The position numbers and the translations under genes are program-made. The notes beneath the pieces were generated by a model that saw only the letters and a program-made list of their open reading frames with translations, made no database searches and was not told the DNA's origin. Positions 1-10,052 of a stretch of DNA of 64,000 bases are shown in pieces. Position 1 is the stretch's first letter; the number at the start of each line of letters is the position of its first letter. This DNA comes from Chlamydiia bacterium (GTDB lineage Bacteria; Chlamydiota; Chlamydiia; Chlamydiales; Rhabdochlamydiaceae): NCBI GenBank assembly GCA_963804085.1, contig CAWDOQ010000016.1, forward strand, positions 64,001-128,000. Reading direction: 5' to 3'.

Positions 1-878
1 GCTTCTCTTCTCTTTACCGACTGCCGGACCACTCATAAAAAACGGATGGTTGCTTTAAGAGAAGCCAAGTGGATGGGATTTGAAGAGAGCATGGGCAAGC
101 GCGATTTCTCTTTTTTGTCCCGTTTTTTTGCTAGGCAGATGAAAAAGCGCGCCGACTGGATGGTAGTAAAAAGGCTATATCAGAAGAATGTGCTGCAAGC
201 CTCCCTGTCCCCTCAAGTGCGCATCCCGAAAATCATCCACCAGATCTGGCTAGGCAGTCCGCTTCCACAAAAATACATCCAGTTGCAAAAGAGTTGGCAG
301 GAGAAACACCCCGACTGGGAGTACCGTCTCTGGACGGATGAGAGCGTTAAAAATTTCAAAATGCAGAACCAGGCTCTTTTTGAAAGCGCCACAAACTGGG
401 GCGAAAAGGCGGACATTTTGCGTTACGAGATTCTCTACCAGATCGGCGGGCTCTACGTAGATACAGACTTTGAATGCGTGCGTTCTTTTGACACGCTGCA
501 CCATCTTTGCGATTTTTACGTGGGGCTTGAGACTCTTGAGCATAACATGCGTGAGCGCGCATGGGCAATGCCCTTATCGGTACTGTTCCAGGCCATCCGA
601 TTTTAAAGCTCTGTTTGGAGAGTATGCAAGGAGACGGAGCAAGGGATAACTAGGATCTCATCCAGACACGAACAGGTCCTGGACATCTCGCCCGCTGCTT
701 TTTTAAAGCATATAATGTGGGTAATTTTAAGAACATCGCTCTTCCCTTTACCTACTTCTATCCCCTTCCTGATACCCAGCGCGATGGCACCTTAGGCGGC
801 GCCATCAAGACGCGCTGGATCCAAGATGAATCCTTTGCAATTCACTACTGGGACACCAGCTGGATTCCCAAGAAGTGA
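1..878 (+). pseudogene. Glycosyltransferase family 32 (DxD, OCH1/SUR1-like), disrupted; 5' end probably outside the window
   Basis: IPKIIHQIWLG...KADILRYEILYQIGGLYVDTD motifs. After ~560 homology continues in another frame (GNALIGTVPGHPIL...TGPG...FYP...AIHYWDTSW, stop at 876-878) with an in-frame TAG near 651. May be a sequence error. Confidence 0.75.
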
Positions 879-1010
879 TCTTAGAAGTCTAGGCGTGCAC
901 TTATCGAATAGGAGAAAGAGCTCTTAGCTGAATGATTATTGCACCACCATCATTGCGCGCGAGGCCTTCCGATCGGAAATATATTTTGTTCAATAGTTTT
1001 TTTCAGGAAT

Positions 1011-1406
1011 TTATGACTTTCGGCAACGAAGTGTATAAGCCTTCTTAATGACAAACCCGAATTTTTGAGAAAACGGCTCGACAGAGAAATCTTTTGGCGA
1101 TTCTTTAAATCCCCCATTTGTAAGAGGACAAACCTCTTGCAAGAATGCAACAACTGGATCAGTTTTATCAAGAATGACAACGCGAGAGAATTGTAAAAGC
1201 TCTGAAGCACTCAATGCAGCTTGAATTTTTGATACCACCATTTTATATGCTTCTTTTTCACTCGAACTCAACCAAGGAGCGGAAACAACTATATCCCACT
1301 TTTCTAAGGAATCTTCTCTTAAAAAAAGAGCAAAAAGCCAAATAGACCCATGTTCTTTTTCAAGAGCTTGGACAACCAATTTAAGTTTATCTAAAATTTC
1401 TTTCAT
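1011..1406 (-). CDS. Putative degenerate minimal-nucleotidyltransferase (MNT)-like partner of the HEPN protein
   Basis: 131 aa, overlaps the HEPN stop (ATGA); LFALFLRED..WDIVVSAPW resembles an MNT-like fold but lacks a clear GS motif. Confidence 0.5.
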   Translation of the reverse strand: MKEILDKLKLVVQALEKEHGSIWLFALFLREDSLEKWDIVVSAPWLSSSEKEAYKMVVSKIQAALSASELLQFSRVVILDKTDPVVAFLQEVCPLTNGGFKESPKDFSVEPFSQKFGFVIKKAYTLRCRKS

Positions 1407-1798
1407 AATTTTTTCAGCAATGTATCAGCAGACTCTAACAATAGTTTTGTGGTTTGCTCAGCTTGTTTTTGCGATGAATAACGTATTTCTGGATCCCAAG
1501 AAGCAACAATAGACCATTCTGTAAATATCTCCTCCTTAATCCGATTCTCAACTCCTGAAAGGTGAAGCAACGTGTCTAAGTCGTGTATTTTAAGGAGAGG
1601 CTTCAACTTCTTAAACTCATTTTCTGTGCTTGGAAATCCCTTCCATCCTAACGTCTCGCACATTTTCCTTTTTAATCCAAGTTCAACTGCATATCCACAA
1701 ATATAAAAAGCGCCATCATAGCGTCCTGCCTTATAAAGAGCCTGAGCATCTTCGAGTCGATCTCTAGAAAGAGTTTGCAATTCTTCTAATGTAATCAC
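1403..1798 (-). CDS. HEPN domain protein (putative toxin)
   Basis: RLEDAQALYKAGRYDGAFYICGYAVELGLK...HDL...W...RY is a HEPN pattern; GTG start at 1798 preferred over 1855. Confidence 0.8.
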   Translation of the reverse strand: MITLEELQTLSRDRLEDAQALYKAGRYDGAFYICGYAVELGLKRKMCETLGWKGFPSTENEFKKLKPLLKIHDLDTLLHLSGVENRIKEEIFTEWSIVASWDPEIRYSSQKQAEQTTKLLLESADTLLKKL

Positions 1799-1890
1799 AG
1801 TGTTCGGTTTACAAATGCTCAGCTTATGGGTTACCGAAAACAGAAGATTATACAACGCTTTTGCAAATTTTGATAGCTTTTTCTATACTG

Positions 1891-2994
1891 TCAAAAGTCT
1901 AAGCGTGTACCAAACGTCCAGCCTTGCAACGCGAGGTCTTTGTTATCAAAACGCGTGTTGATCGCTGGAAAGCCTGAAGTGTTTAGGTAGAACTGGTTCT
2001 GGCCGAAAAAGAGGTGGTGCTCCCAGCCTGCTTGCAACCTAAGATGGAGCCGCTCAACAAAGCTGTGATCCCATCTGAGACCGATTGCCAGGTCGGTGAT
2101 CGCACGCGTCGTATTGAATGGATCTTTTGTGCGCAGGGCAAGAGGATTCGCACCGGTAGAAGTAAATGCGATCTCCTCTTTCACATCGAAATGTCCATAG
2201 AGCAGCGAAAGAGCGAGGTTTCCATAAATCGATATCTCTTTAAAGACGCCCCATTGCGTGTCTAAGCCGCCTCTGACGCCTAAGCCCCAAAACTCATTCT
2301 TCATTTGGATCGCATAAGCGAGCGTATTGGGTGGATCTATCGCTGCATAGGCTATCTGATACTTTTGGTTTATCCACGCGGACCTAAGTCCCAAGTGGGG
2401 CCTTAATGTCAGCCATTTGCTGACAAAAAACTGGCGGCCGATCTCAAAGTCGAGAAGATTTAAATGAAGGCGCCACCGTGCTGCGGAAGCGAGAATGACC
2501 GCAGTTGTGTCAAAGTTTGAAAGAACAGTCCCATCGACCCAGACAGGATAGAGGAGCGTCCCACTTGCTCCTGTTGGGACAAAGTTTTGTACATCGGTTC
2601 TCTTTGCAGTAGTACAAACGTGGGTCCAATTGAGGAGAAGATCCCACTTATCGTGCGGTAGATTGTAGCCGACCCCGACCCTATAACCCCAATCCCACTT
2701 AAATTTAAGCTCCTGATACTTCCCTTCAATAGCAGTAGCCCCATTGTTTACTACCCTCTCTCCCCTCATCACAGGAGCCAGTCCATTTTCAGTGGCTCTC
2801 CAATAGAGCGCATCCCCCTGCACAAAGAGGTTGCTTCCTTTTCTAGGTTGAGGAGAGCCGCTAGGAAGAACCGTCCCATTAGACTCATTCAGAGGGTTAG
2901 ATTTTGGAGGAGGAGGCTGTGCCTGTCCTCTTCTAGAGTTTACTGCATTTAAAGAAGATAGCGCAAAAAGAGAGAGGAGAAGATAGCTTCGCAT
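1891..2994 (-). CDS. Lpg1974-family / MOMP-like pore-forming outer membrane protein
   Basis: Signal peptide, DALYWRA, WDWGYRVGVGY, LRPHLGLR, LQAGWEH, C-terminal beta-strand ending in F. Confidence 0.85.
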   Translation of the reverse strand: MRSYLLLSLFALSSLNAVNSRRGQAQPPPPKSNPLNESNGTVLPSGSPQPRKGSNLFVQGDALYWRATENGLAPVMRGERVVNNGATAIEGKYQELKFKWDWGYRVGVGYNLPHDKWDLLLNWTHVCTTAKRTDVQNFVPTGASGTLLYPVWVDGTVLSNFDTTAVILASAARWRLHLNLLDFEIGRQFFVSKWLTLRPHLGLRSAWINQKYQIAYAAIDPPNTLAYAIQMKNEFWGLGVRGGLDTQWGVFKEISIYGNLALSLLYGHFDVKEEIAFTSTGANPLALRTKDPFNTTRAITDLAIGLRWDHSFVERLHLRLQAGWEHHLFFGQNQFYLNTSGFPAINTRFDNKDLALQGWTFGTRLDF

Positions 2995-3126
2995 AGTTAT
3001 CCTTGGTTTTTAGACGATTGTACGAATTAATTTATTTTTATACCATGTCCACAAATTTGTCCTTGAGGTTATCTAGGAGGAAAAATACAATTTCGCTCAA
3101 GTACGCTATGTAACTTTGAGGACACG

Positions 3127-3441
3127 ATGAGACAACAAAAATGGCTAAAATTAAGCCTTATTGCTTTTTGCGCACTAGCTTCTGCAAATGTTTTTGCCGG
3201 ACATGGCGCATGGAAAGGCGGCGGATCAGGAACTCCTGCAAAAAGAGCGCCCTCCCAAGCTGAAGTGACCAAGATGAACGAGAACGATTTTATCTCTTCT
3301 CTCAGTCCTTATCACCGCAAAAAATTCATGAACTTCTCTCAAGCGCAAAAAAGAGCTGCTATGCTCTACATGGAGAAGAATAACATGTCCCCTGACAACG
3401 CCATTGAGCAAGCACTGCGCGACCATATCTACAAACGCTAA
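3127..3441 (+). CDS. Small exported hypothetical protein
   Basis: GAGG RBS, signal peptide, 104 aa. Confidence 0.6.
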   Translation: MRQQKWLKLSLIAFCALASANVFAGHGAWKGGGSGTPAKRAPSQAEVTKMNENDFISSLSPYHRKKFMNFSQAQKRAAMLYMEKNNMSPDNAIEQALRDHIYKR

Positions 3442-3465
3442 GAAATAGCGTACAACCTCCTCTTA

Positions 3466-3546
3466 TTCGCGCCCGCTTCCGCGCCCGCGTGCGTGCCCGA
3501 TCCGGACTAATTCGGGCACGCACGCGGGCGCGGAAGCGGGCTCGAA
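3466..3546. repeat. GC-rich palindrome, family A copy 1
   Basis: ~35-bp near-perfect inverted arms around central GATCCGGACTAATTC; lies between convergent genes. Confidence 0.9.
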
Positions 3547-3561
3547 CTTTTAAAGAATGTC

Positions 3562-4161
3562 TCAAATGATCTTAGCTCCCTTAGCCATCATCTCAGAGAG
3601 GGCCCGCTCGACATCGCCCGGATAGAGATTAATCCCCCGACAAGCATCTTTAATCACGGTGACGCCAAGGCCTAAATCTAGAGCATCGATTACAGAGTAG
3701 AGCACACAGTAGTCGGTCGCAACTCCTGCGATATGGATCTCTCTTACCGAACGCGATGCAAGATAATCAAAAAGCCCTGTCGATTTTCTTCTGGCATTGT
3801 CAAAAAAGGCACTATAACTATCAATCCACTTATCGGTGCCTTTATAAAAAACCGCTTCTATCTTCTCTTTGTTTAGCTTTGCAACCAGCTCAGCACCCTG
3901 TGTGTTTCGCACGCAGTGCACGGGCCATAAGATCTGCGAAATGCCTTGGCCTTCGACGATATCTCCTGCTTTTTTTCCCGGATGATTTTGCGCAAAGCTG
4001 ACATGATCTTGCGGGTGCCAGTCTTGTGTGGCAAGGACATGCGCAAATTGGGGCATAAGCGAGTTGAGGATGGGCACAATGCGATCTGCTTCAGGCACAC
4101 CGAGCGAACCGCCCGGCATAAAGTCATTTTGCATGTCTACGACTAGAAGTGTGCCTTTCAT
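3562..4161 (-). CDS. pncA: Nicotinamidase/pyrazinamidase
   Basis: VDMQNDF, TQDWHP..H.SF, WPVHCV, YSAF, GVATDYCV. Confidence 0.95.
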   Translation of the reverse strand: MKGTLLVVDMQNDFMPGGSLGVPEADRIVPILNSLMPQFAHVLATQDWHPQDHVSFAQNHPGKKAGDIVEGQGISQILWPVHCVRNTQGAELVAKLNKEKIEAVFYKGTDKWIDSYSAFFDNARRKSTGLFDYLASRSVREIHIAGVATDYCVLYSVIDALDLGLGVTVIKDACRGINLYPGDVERALSEMMAKGAKII

Positions 4162-5624
4162 GCATTCATTTTAATATCTTCGATCATTTTTAGCTTGGTC
4201 TCATGCAGGCTCTTTTCCAAACCGGTGAAGTAGGGCTGTGGATTGAGAAAACGGCGCATGCTTGCAGGGAGTTTCTCTAGTTCGTGTATAGATCTTGCGC
4301 GCATCTCGCTGAGCTTGGGATGCGTGTAGATCCGCTTTCCTCTTTTAAAAATTGGCACGAGTAGGTCAACCGATGCGACTTGGGGAGAGATGCGCCTTTT
4401 TGCACTCGCATCAAATGGATCGACAATCACAATCTCCTTTCCAAGGGGTGTATGGATATCATAAAGCATGTCTGCGATATATCCATTTTCGTCAGAAAAA
4501 CGACGCACCTGCAAAACGCCGGGATCTGTAACTTTGGCGATCTGCTCGGAGATTTTGATCTTCTGCTGCCATTTGCCTTGCGCATCTTGAATAGCCGTTA
4601 GTTTATAGACGCCATCGAGAGCCGGCTGATCTTTTCCTGTCACTAAATTGGTGCCGACTCCCCAAATGGTGATCTTGGCGCCTTGGCGTTTAAGATCAGT
4701 CACAATGTGTTCGTCGAGCTCGTTGCTGGCCATAATTTTGACATCAGAAAAACCCGCCGCATCCAGCAGCTTGCGGATCTCGATGCTCAAATGCGCAAGA
4801 TCGCCTGAGTCTAAACGAACTCCGAAAAGTCTCTTTCCTCGTCTTTGGAGCTCCTTTGCGACCTGTATCGCATGCCGGGTGCCCTTGACGCTGTCGTAAG
4901 TGTCGACTAGTAAGATACAATTGTCCGGCATGATCTCTACAAAAGCACGAAAGGACTCCTCCTCCTCGTTAAAAGCCATTATCCAGCTATGCGCTTGGGT
5001 CCCCTTTACGGGAATACCGAATAATTTTCCCGCGAGCACGTTGGATGTGCTGTGGCAGCCGCCTATGTGTGCCGCACGACTAGCCGATATCGCACCGTCG
5101 ATCCCTTGCGCCCGCCTTAAACCAAACTCCACGACCTCATCCGGTTTTGCAGCATAGCATATGCGCGCAGCTTTCGTGGCGATGAGCGACTGAAAATTGA
5201 TGATGTTCAAAAGGATGCTCTCGAGCAGCTGCGCATCGAGAATCGGGCCTTGCACGCGCAAGAGAGGCTCGTAAGGAAAGACAGGAGTGCCCTCCGGCAT
5301 CGCATGGAGATCACAGCGGAAGCGAAAGTTTTTGAGATAATCTAAAAACTTCTTATCAAAAAGAGGCTTATCTCCCGATTGTAAAGAAGCAAGATAGGCT
5401 AAATCATCCTCTTCGAAACGAAAGTTTTCGATGTAGCTACATGCTTGCTCAAGACCTGCAGCTATGGCAAAACTTCCTCCAAAAGGCTTTTTGCGAAATG
5501 AGAGGTGAAAAACCGCCTCTCTATCCGCCATCCCTTTCATCCAGTAGCCATAGGCCATAGTGAGTTCGTAAAGGTCTATCAAAAGCGCAAGAGAGTTGGT
5601 GCGGTACAAGGGTTGCATAGACAC
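4158..5624 (-). CDS. pncB: Nicotinate phosphoribosyltransferase
   Basis: DLYELTM, EFGLRRAQG, GTQAHSW, LLVDTYD, VRLDSGDL; overlaps pncA. Confidence 0.95.
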   Translation of the reverse strand: MSMQPLYRTNSLALLIDLYELTMAYGYWMKGMADREAVFHLSFRKKPFGGSFAIAAGLEQACSYIENFRFEEDDLAYLASLQSGDKPLFDKKFLDYLKNFRFRCDLHAMPEGTPVFPYEPLLRVQGPILDAQLLESILLNIINFQSLIATKAARICYAAKPDEVVEFGLRRAQGIDGAISASRAAHIGGCHSTSNVLAGKLFGIPVKGTQAHSWIMAFNEEEESFRAFVEIMPDNCILLVDTYDSVKGTRHAIQVAKELQRRGKRLFGVRLDSGDLAHLSIEIRKLLDAAGFSDVKIMASNELDEHIVTDLKRQGAKITIWGVGTNLVTGKDQPALDGVYKLTAIQDAQGKWQQKIKISEQIAKVTDPGVLQVRRFSDENGYIADMLYDIHTPLGKEIVIVDPFDASAKRRISPQVASVDLLVPIFKRGKRIYTHPKLSEMRARSIHELEKLPASMRRFLNPQPYFTGLEKSLHETKLKMIEDIKMNA

Positions 5625-5677
5625 AAAAGTGAAATTAAATTACGCTTCACAATACAAATAGTCTTGAGTTTTGAGCA

Positions 5678-6571
5678 ATGAATCATTGTAAACACACACA
5701 AGAGCATGCGCAGAGTAGAGCCGTGCAAACCGCTCTATGGATCGCCTTTGTTTTCATGCTGATCGAAGTAGTCGGCGGCTGGATCGCAAACAGCTTGGCC
5801 CTGATCAGCGATGCGCTTCACATGTTTACCGACGTAGGGGCTTTCCTCTTAACCTTAATTGCATTGCGCATCGCAAGAAGGCCGCGCACATCTTCTATGA
5901 GCTTTGGCTACCACCGCGCCGAAATTCTAGGCGCACTCGCAAGCGCCATCTCCTTGTGGGCTCTTTCGGGAGTGCTGATCTATGAAGCGATAAGGCGCCT
6001 CATCCATCCACCCGAAGTAGAAGGCTCCATTGTCTTTTTCATTGCCCTTGTCGGCCTCATCGCGAATCTCTTTATGATGCGCGCTCTACACCCCTGCCAC
6101 ACACACAACTTGAGCGTAAAGGCAGCCTACTTACATGTGATCGGCGATATTTTGGGAAGCGCAGGAGTCATCTTGAGCGGTGCCATCTTATGGTTCACCC
6201 ATTGGACACCCATCGATCCAATCATCACGATACTCTTTACGACGCAGATTCTTTACAGCTCAGGCAAACTCATAAAACAGACTGTCCGGATTCTGATGGA
6301 AGCGGCGCCTGTGGGAATCGATGTCGATGCGCTCCAAAGAGATTTAGCCGCCCTGCCAAACGTAAAAGAGGTACATGACCTGCACATCTGGTCGGTCTCA
6401 AGCACCCGAGCTGCTCTTTCCGTGCATATCATTTCTGATACCCCTCATAAAACTTTGAATGATGCCCATCGCCTCATCGAAAATAAGCATAAGATCCATC
6501 ATATGACCATTCAGGTCGAAGATCCCGCCCACTTCGAACCAAAATTTTGTTATGACCGTAACCAGTTGTAA
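5678..6571 (+). CDS. Cation diffusion facilitator (CzcD/ZitB-like Zn/Co/Cd efflux)
   Basis: SLALISDALHMFTD, FGYHRAE, AYLHVIGD, VHDLHIW, HMTIQVE. Confidence 0.92.
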   Translation: MNHCKHTQEHAQSRAVQTALWIAFVFMLIEVVGGWIANSLALISDALHMFTDVGAFLLTLIALRIARRPRTSSMSFGYHRAEILGALASAISLWALSGVLIYEAIRRLIHPPEVEGSIVFFIALVGLIANLFMMRALHPCHTHNLSVKAAYLHVIGDILGSAGVILSGAILWFTHWTPIDPIITILFTTQILYSSGKLIKQTVRILMEAAPVGIDVDALQRDLAALPNVKEVHDLHIWSVSSTRAALSVHIISDTPHKTLNDAHRLIENKHKIHHMTIQVEDPAHFEPKFCYDRNQL

Positions 6572-6603
6572 AATAATAACTAATATTTGAGACTTAAACC
6601 TCA

Positions 6604-7395
6604 ATGGCGTATTCTAGTGCTATGCGCGCCTTTCTTTTTGCACTCCTCGCGCTATGCATTTGTAGTAGCTTCACCTTAAAGAGCAAGCTTCTCAAAGCCG
6701 AGCTAGGAGATTACATTGTAACCGAACAGGACAAGATTGTTTCTGTCCTGCTCGTCCGCTCACTTACTGCGAGCAAACTCGTGCTCGAAGAGATCAGCGC
6801 ACCTTTGAGTGAGATCAAAGCCCCCGCCTCATGGGCCAAATGGGTACAGGAGCGTGCTCCCGGCCACACTTCATGGACACTTTACGAGATCGACTTAAAA
6901 ACCAATCAGCTCTCTTCCTGCTACTCTGTGTCGCAAAAAATTTGGATACGCATAGAGGAGTCCGAACTCTTCTTTCCTAAACTGCTCTCTCTTCCTTTAG
7001 CGCCTGTTGCACAAGAGCGCAGGAAGCGGATTGGCCCTGCACCGCAAGGAGATGAGGCGGACCATCGCGCCCTCTGGATCCCCGCGGTCACAAGCGAAGG
7101 GAAAAAAGTGGATAAGCCGATTTGTGAAGTGTATCAGGCAAGATGGCCCGAAGATGACTCTCTTCTCTCTTTATGCGCGATAGAACTCTACTTTACTCCT
7201 TCCCTTTCTTTTCCCTACTGGATCGAGTTATCCAATGGCCACTACACAGTTAAGATCCGTACTATCGATTCCGGGAAGGGACTAGTATCGCCGTTTCAGC
7301 CCCAATTGAACGTGCCCCTGCCCGTGCCCTTGCCTTGCCCGATCCGGATTAATTCGGGCACAGGCAGAGGCAGAGGCACGTTTTTAAAACGATAA
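6604..7395 (+). CDS. Conserved chlamydial exported protein (CT021-like by position); C-terminus runs through a palindrome
   Basis: Signal peptide, GDYIVTEQ, lies upstream of lepB; true start may be ATG 6622. Confidence 0.65.
   Translation: MAYSSAMRAFLFALLALCICSSFTLKSKLLKAELGDYIVTEQDKIVSVLLVRSLTASKLVLEEISAPLSEIKAPASWAKWVQERAPGHTSWTLYEIDLKTNQLSSCYSVSQKIWIRIEESELFFPKLLSLPLAPVAQERRKRIGPAPQGDEADHRALWIPAVTSEGKKVDKPICEVYQARWPEDDSLLSLCAIELYFTPSLSFPYWIELSNGHYTVKIRTIDSGKGLVSPFQPQLNVPLPVPLPCPIRINSGTGRGRGTFLKR
7309..7382. repeat. GC-rich palindrome, family A copy 2 (inside ORF 3' end)
   Basis: AACGTGCC...GATCCGGATTAATTC...GGCACGTT. Confidence 0.85.
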
Positions 7396-7614
7396 ACCCT
7401 TGGTTATGAACAAGCTTTCAACTTCAAGTCCATCTTCTCCTCTATGCCATAGAGAAAACCTCTCTTTGCACGCGAACCGATTAAACTTATCCCGCTTAAA
7501 ACCAAAAACTTACAACCACTCTTTAAATGGAATTCACAAATCGCTTTTTTATTTCTTAACATTTGCCTCTCTCTCCTCTGAAGGAGGCATCTTATCAACA
7601 AGCTTTCCACAATC

Positions 7615-8175
7615 ATGATCTACACACTAGAAAACGGGATCCAGATCACTTATCAACCGATGCCAAGCGCTCTTCCCGAAGAGTTCTTTGCACAGGTTCA
7701 GGCAGATCCGAAACAAGCCAAAGAGAGACTTGAAGGCTTTTACAAAACCCATCCAAAGCTTCCCGAAATCGCCAGCCTTTTGACATTTGTTTACATCCAA
7801 CTCAAAGAGGTTAAAAAAGCAGAGGCGCTTATTTTAGAGACCTACAAAAGACATCCGACACACCTCATTGCAAAGATTAACTACGCCGACCAGTGTTTGC
7901 GCAAGAAGAAAAAAGAGCTGATCCCCGCGATCTTCGAAAATACTTTTGATCTTTTCAAGCTCTATCCCGAAAAAAAACTCTTTCATATCTCCGAGTACCG
8001 CGGCTTTTTAGTCGTGATGGGTTTCTACCATTTAGCCATCAAAGAGAGAGCAAAGGCAGAAGAGTACCACCTGCTCGCCTGCCGTGCGGATCTTACACAT
8101 CCCAGCGTCATGGCTTTAGAAAAAAAGCTATTTCGCTTCCGTTTATTGCATAAATTTATTAGATTACAGCGCTAA
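7615..8175 (+). CDS. Helical-repeat (TPR-like) hypothetical protein
   Basis: 186 aa helical pattern; stop overlaps lepB start (TAATG). Confidence 0.6.
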   Translation: MIYTLENGIQITYQPMPSALPEEFFAQVQADPKQAKERLEGFYKTHPKLPEIASLLTFVYIQLKEVKKAEALILETYKRHPTHLIAKINYADQCLRKKKKELIPAIFENTFDLFKLYPEKKLFHISEYRGFLVVMGFYHLAIKERAKAEEYHLLACRADLTHPSVMALEKKLFRFRLLHKFIRLQR

Positions 8176-10050
8176 TGAAATTGCCCTTTGCTCCTCCTAG
8201 ACCCTATTCTCTTCGCAAGTGCAAACAGATCTTGCACCAGGTCTATCACGTCTATAAAAAACGGGAAAAAACTCTCTCCCCTCCAGTAAGAGAGGAGATC
8301 AAAGCAGCGCTACTCTCTTTGCAAGAGGAGATCAACAAACAGAACCGGATGCAAGCCACACAGCTCGCAGAGCATCTTGAAACCCTCTGTAAACTCCACC
8401 TCAAAAAGAGCTTCTTTGAACAGATACGCGGTTTGGTAGGCGCGCTCGCTTTTGCACTAATCATTGCTGTGCTCGTCCGTCAAATCTGGTTTGAATTCTA
8501 CGAGATCCCTTCCGGTTCTATGCGCCCCACTTTGAAAGAGCAAGATAGACTGGTCGTCTCTAAAACAGATTTTGGCATCAACCTCCCCCTTACCACCGAC
8601 CACCTCTATTTCGATCCCGATCTAGTAAAGCGAAGCGGCATCTTTATCTTCACCGGCGAAAACATGGATATCCGCGATGTCGACACCCTCTACTTCTACC
8701 TCTTTCCCGGCAAGAAGCAATACATCAAGCGTCTAATGGGAAAACCGGGCGACACTCTCTATTTCTACGGCGGCAAAATTTTTGGAATAGACAAACAGGG
8801 AAACGACATCTCAGACGAGCTCAACCTCGCCTCATTAGATGCGATCGAACACATCCCTTTCCTCCATTTTGAAGGAAGAGTGTCGACCCCCAACTCCCCT
8901 GTCAACGGGATCTACTCCCCTGTCACCTTGCATCAAATGAATGAAGCGATCGCTCGCCTCTATGTCTTTGGGCAAAATGAGGCACGCGGGGAGATGTTAA
9001 AGGGAGCAGACAAAGGACAACTAGATTTTGGCGACCTTTGGGGCATGAAACATTTTGGCATGACCAGACTTCTCACCTCTCAGCAGATGAAGCAACTCTC
9101 AGACTATCCACTAGATGGCGCGGAAGATGCACCTCTGTATTTGGAGATTAGACACCACCCTTCGCTCGCATCATTGAAGATTGGACGCGATGAGTATATG
9201 CGCCTAAGACCTCTTTTAGGGACAAGCGCCTCTTATATCCCCTTGCAAGAGGCACACCTGCATGCACTTTTTGACAATCTCTACACAGCACGTTTTATCG
9301 TAAAAAATGGCTTTGTGATGCGTTACGGCATGAGTCAATCGCAAGCAGCAAGAGATCCCTTTTTGCCCCACCTTCCGGGCATCTCCGATGGCTGCTACGA
9401 GTTCTACAATGGAAAAGCCTACAAGATAAAGTGGCAAGGGATCACAGAAGAGCTCCCTCCATCTCACCCACTCTACCACTTCGATCCGCTGCGCCTGCAG
9501 CTTTTCTACAACGTGGGAATCGAGTTTGACATGCGTTTTGCTCCGCAGACAAAAAACCAGAGACTTCTTCCCGGACGTTATACCTACTTCCGCGACGGCG
9601 ACCTCTATCTTCTCGGCGCACCCAGTCATTAAAAAAGAGGATCCAACGCTTGTCCAATTTTTAGAAAGAGAAGAGAGGCTGGCAGCAAGCGCGCCCCACT
9701 ACAAAGCCTTTAAAGATGCAGGCCCTCCCTTCATAGCAGATGGCAAACTCGACGTAGAGCTCATCAAACAGTTCGGCCTTGTAATCCCCTCTGAGATGTA
9801 CCTCGCACTAGGCGACAACCACGCCATGAGCGCAGATAGCCGCGACTTCGGCTTTGTCCCGCAAGGCAACTTGCGCGGCGGACCCCTCTTCATCTTCTGG
9901 CCACCCGGCCCGCGCTGGGGTCTTCCCAACCAGCCCGCATACCCCTTCTTCAATCTTCCGCGCAGCCTTGTCTGGCTCTCGATCGCAATCGCGGTCGGCC
10001 TCTGGTACGCCTGGCACCGCAAGCGCATGCAGCGTCCCATCCAACTTTAA
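8175..10050 (+). CDS. lepB: Signal peptidase I, long chlamydial type; single +1 frameshift near 9620
   Basis: IPSGSMRPTL, YIKRLMG in ORF 8175-9632; GDNHAMSADSRDFG in ORF 9526-10050; removing one C from GCACCCAGTC joins them. Confidence 0.93.
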
Positions 10051-10052
10051 CA

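Noticed and set aside
7400..7618. Overlapping 70-72 aa ORFs on both strands
   Set aside because: No motif or clear RBS; cannot tell which, if either, is real.
9600..9640. Programmed frameshifting or true pseudogenisation of lepB, and similar breaks near 560, 19775, 27010, 28822, 47970 and 56367
   Set aside because: Single-base indels, several in short homopolymers, scattered over unrelated genes including an essential one; assembly error is the simpler explanation. Read polishing would decide. Phase variation of the porin or toxin cannot be excluded.
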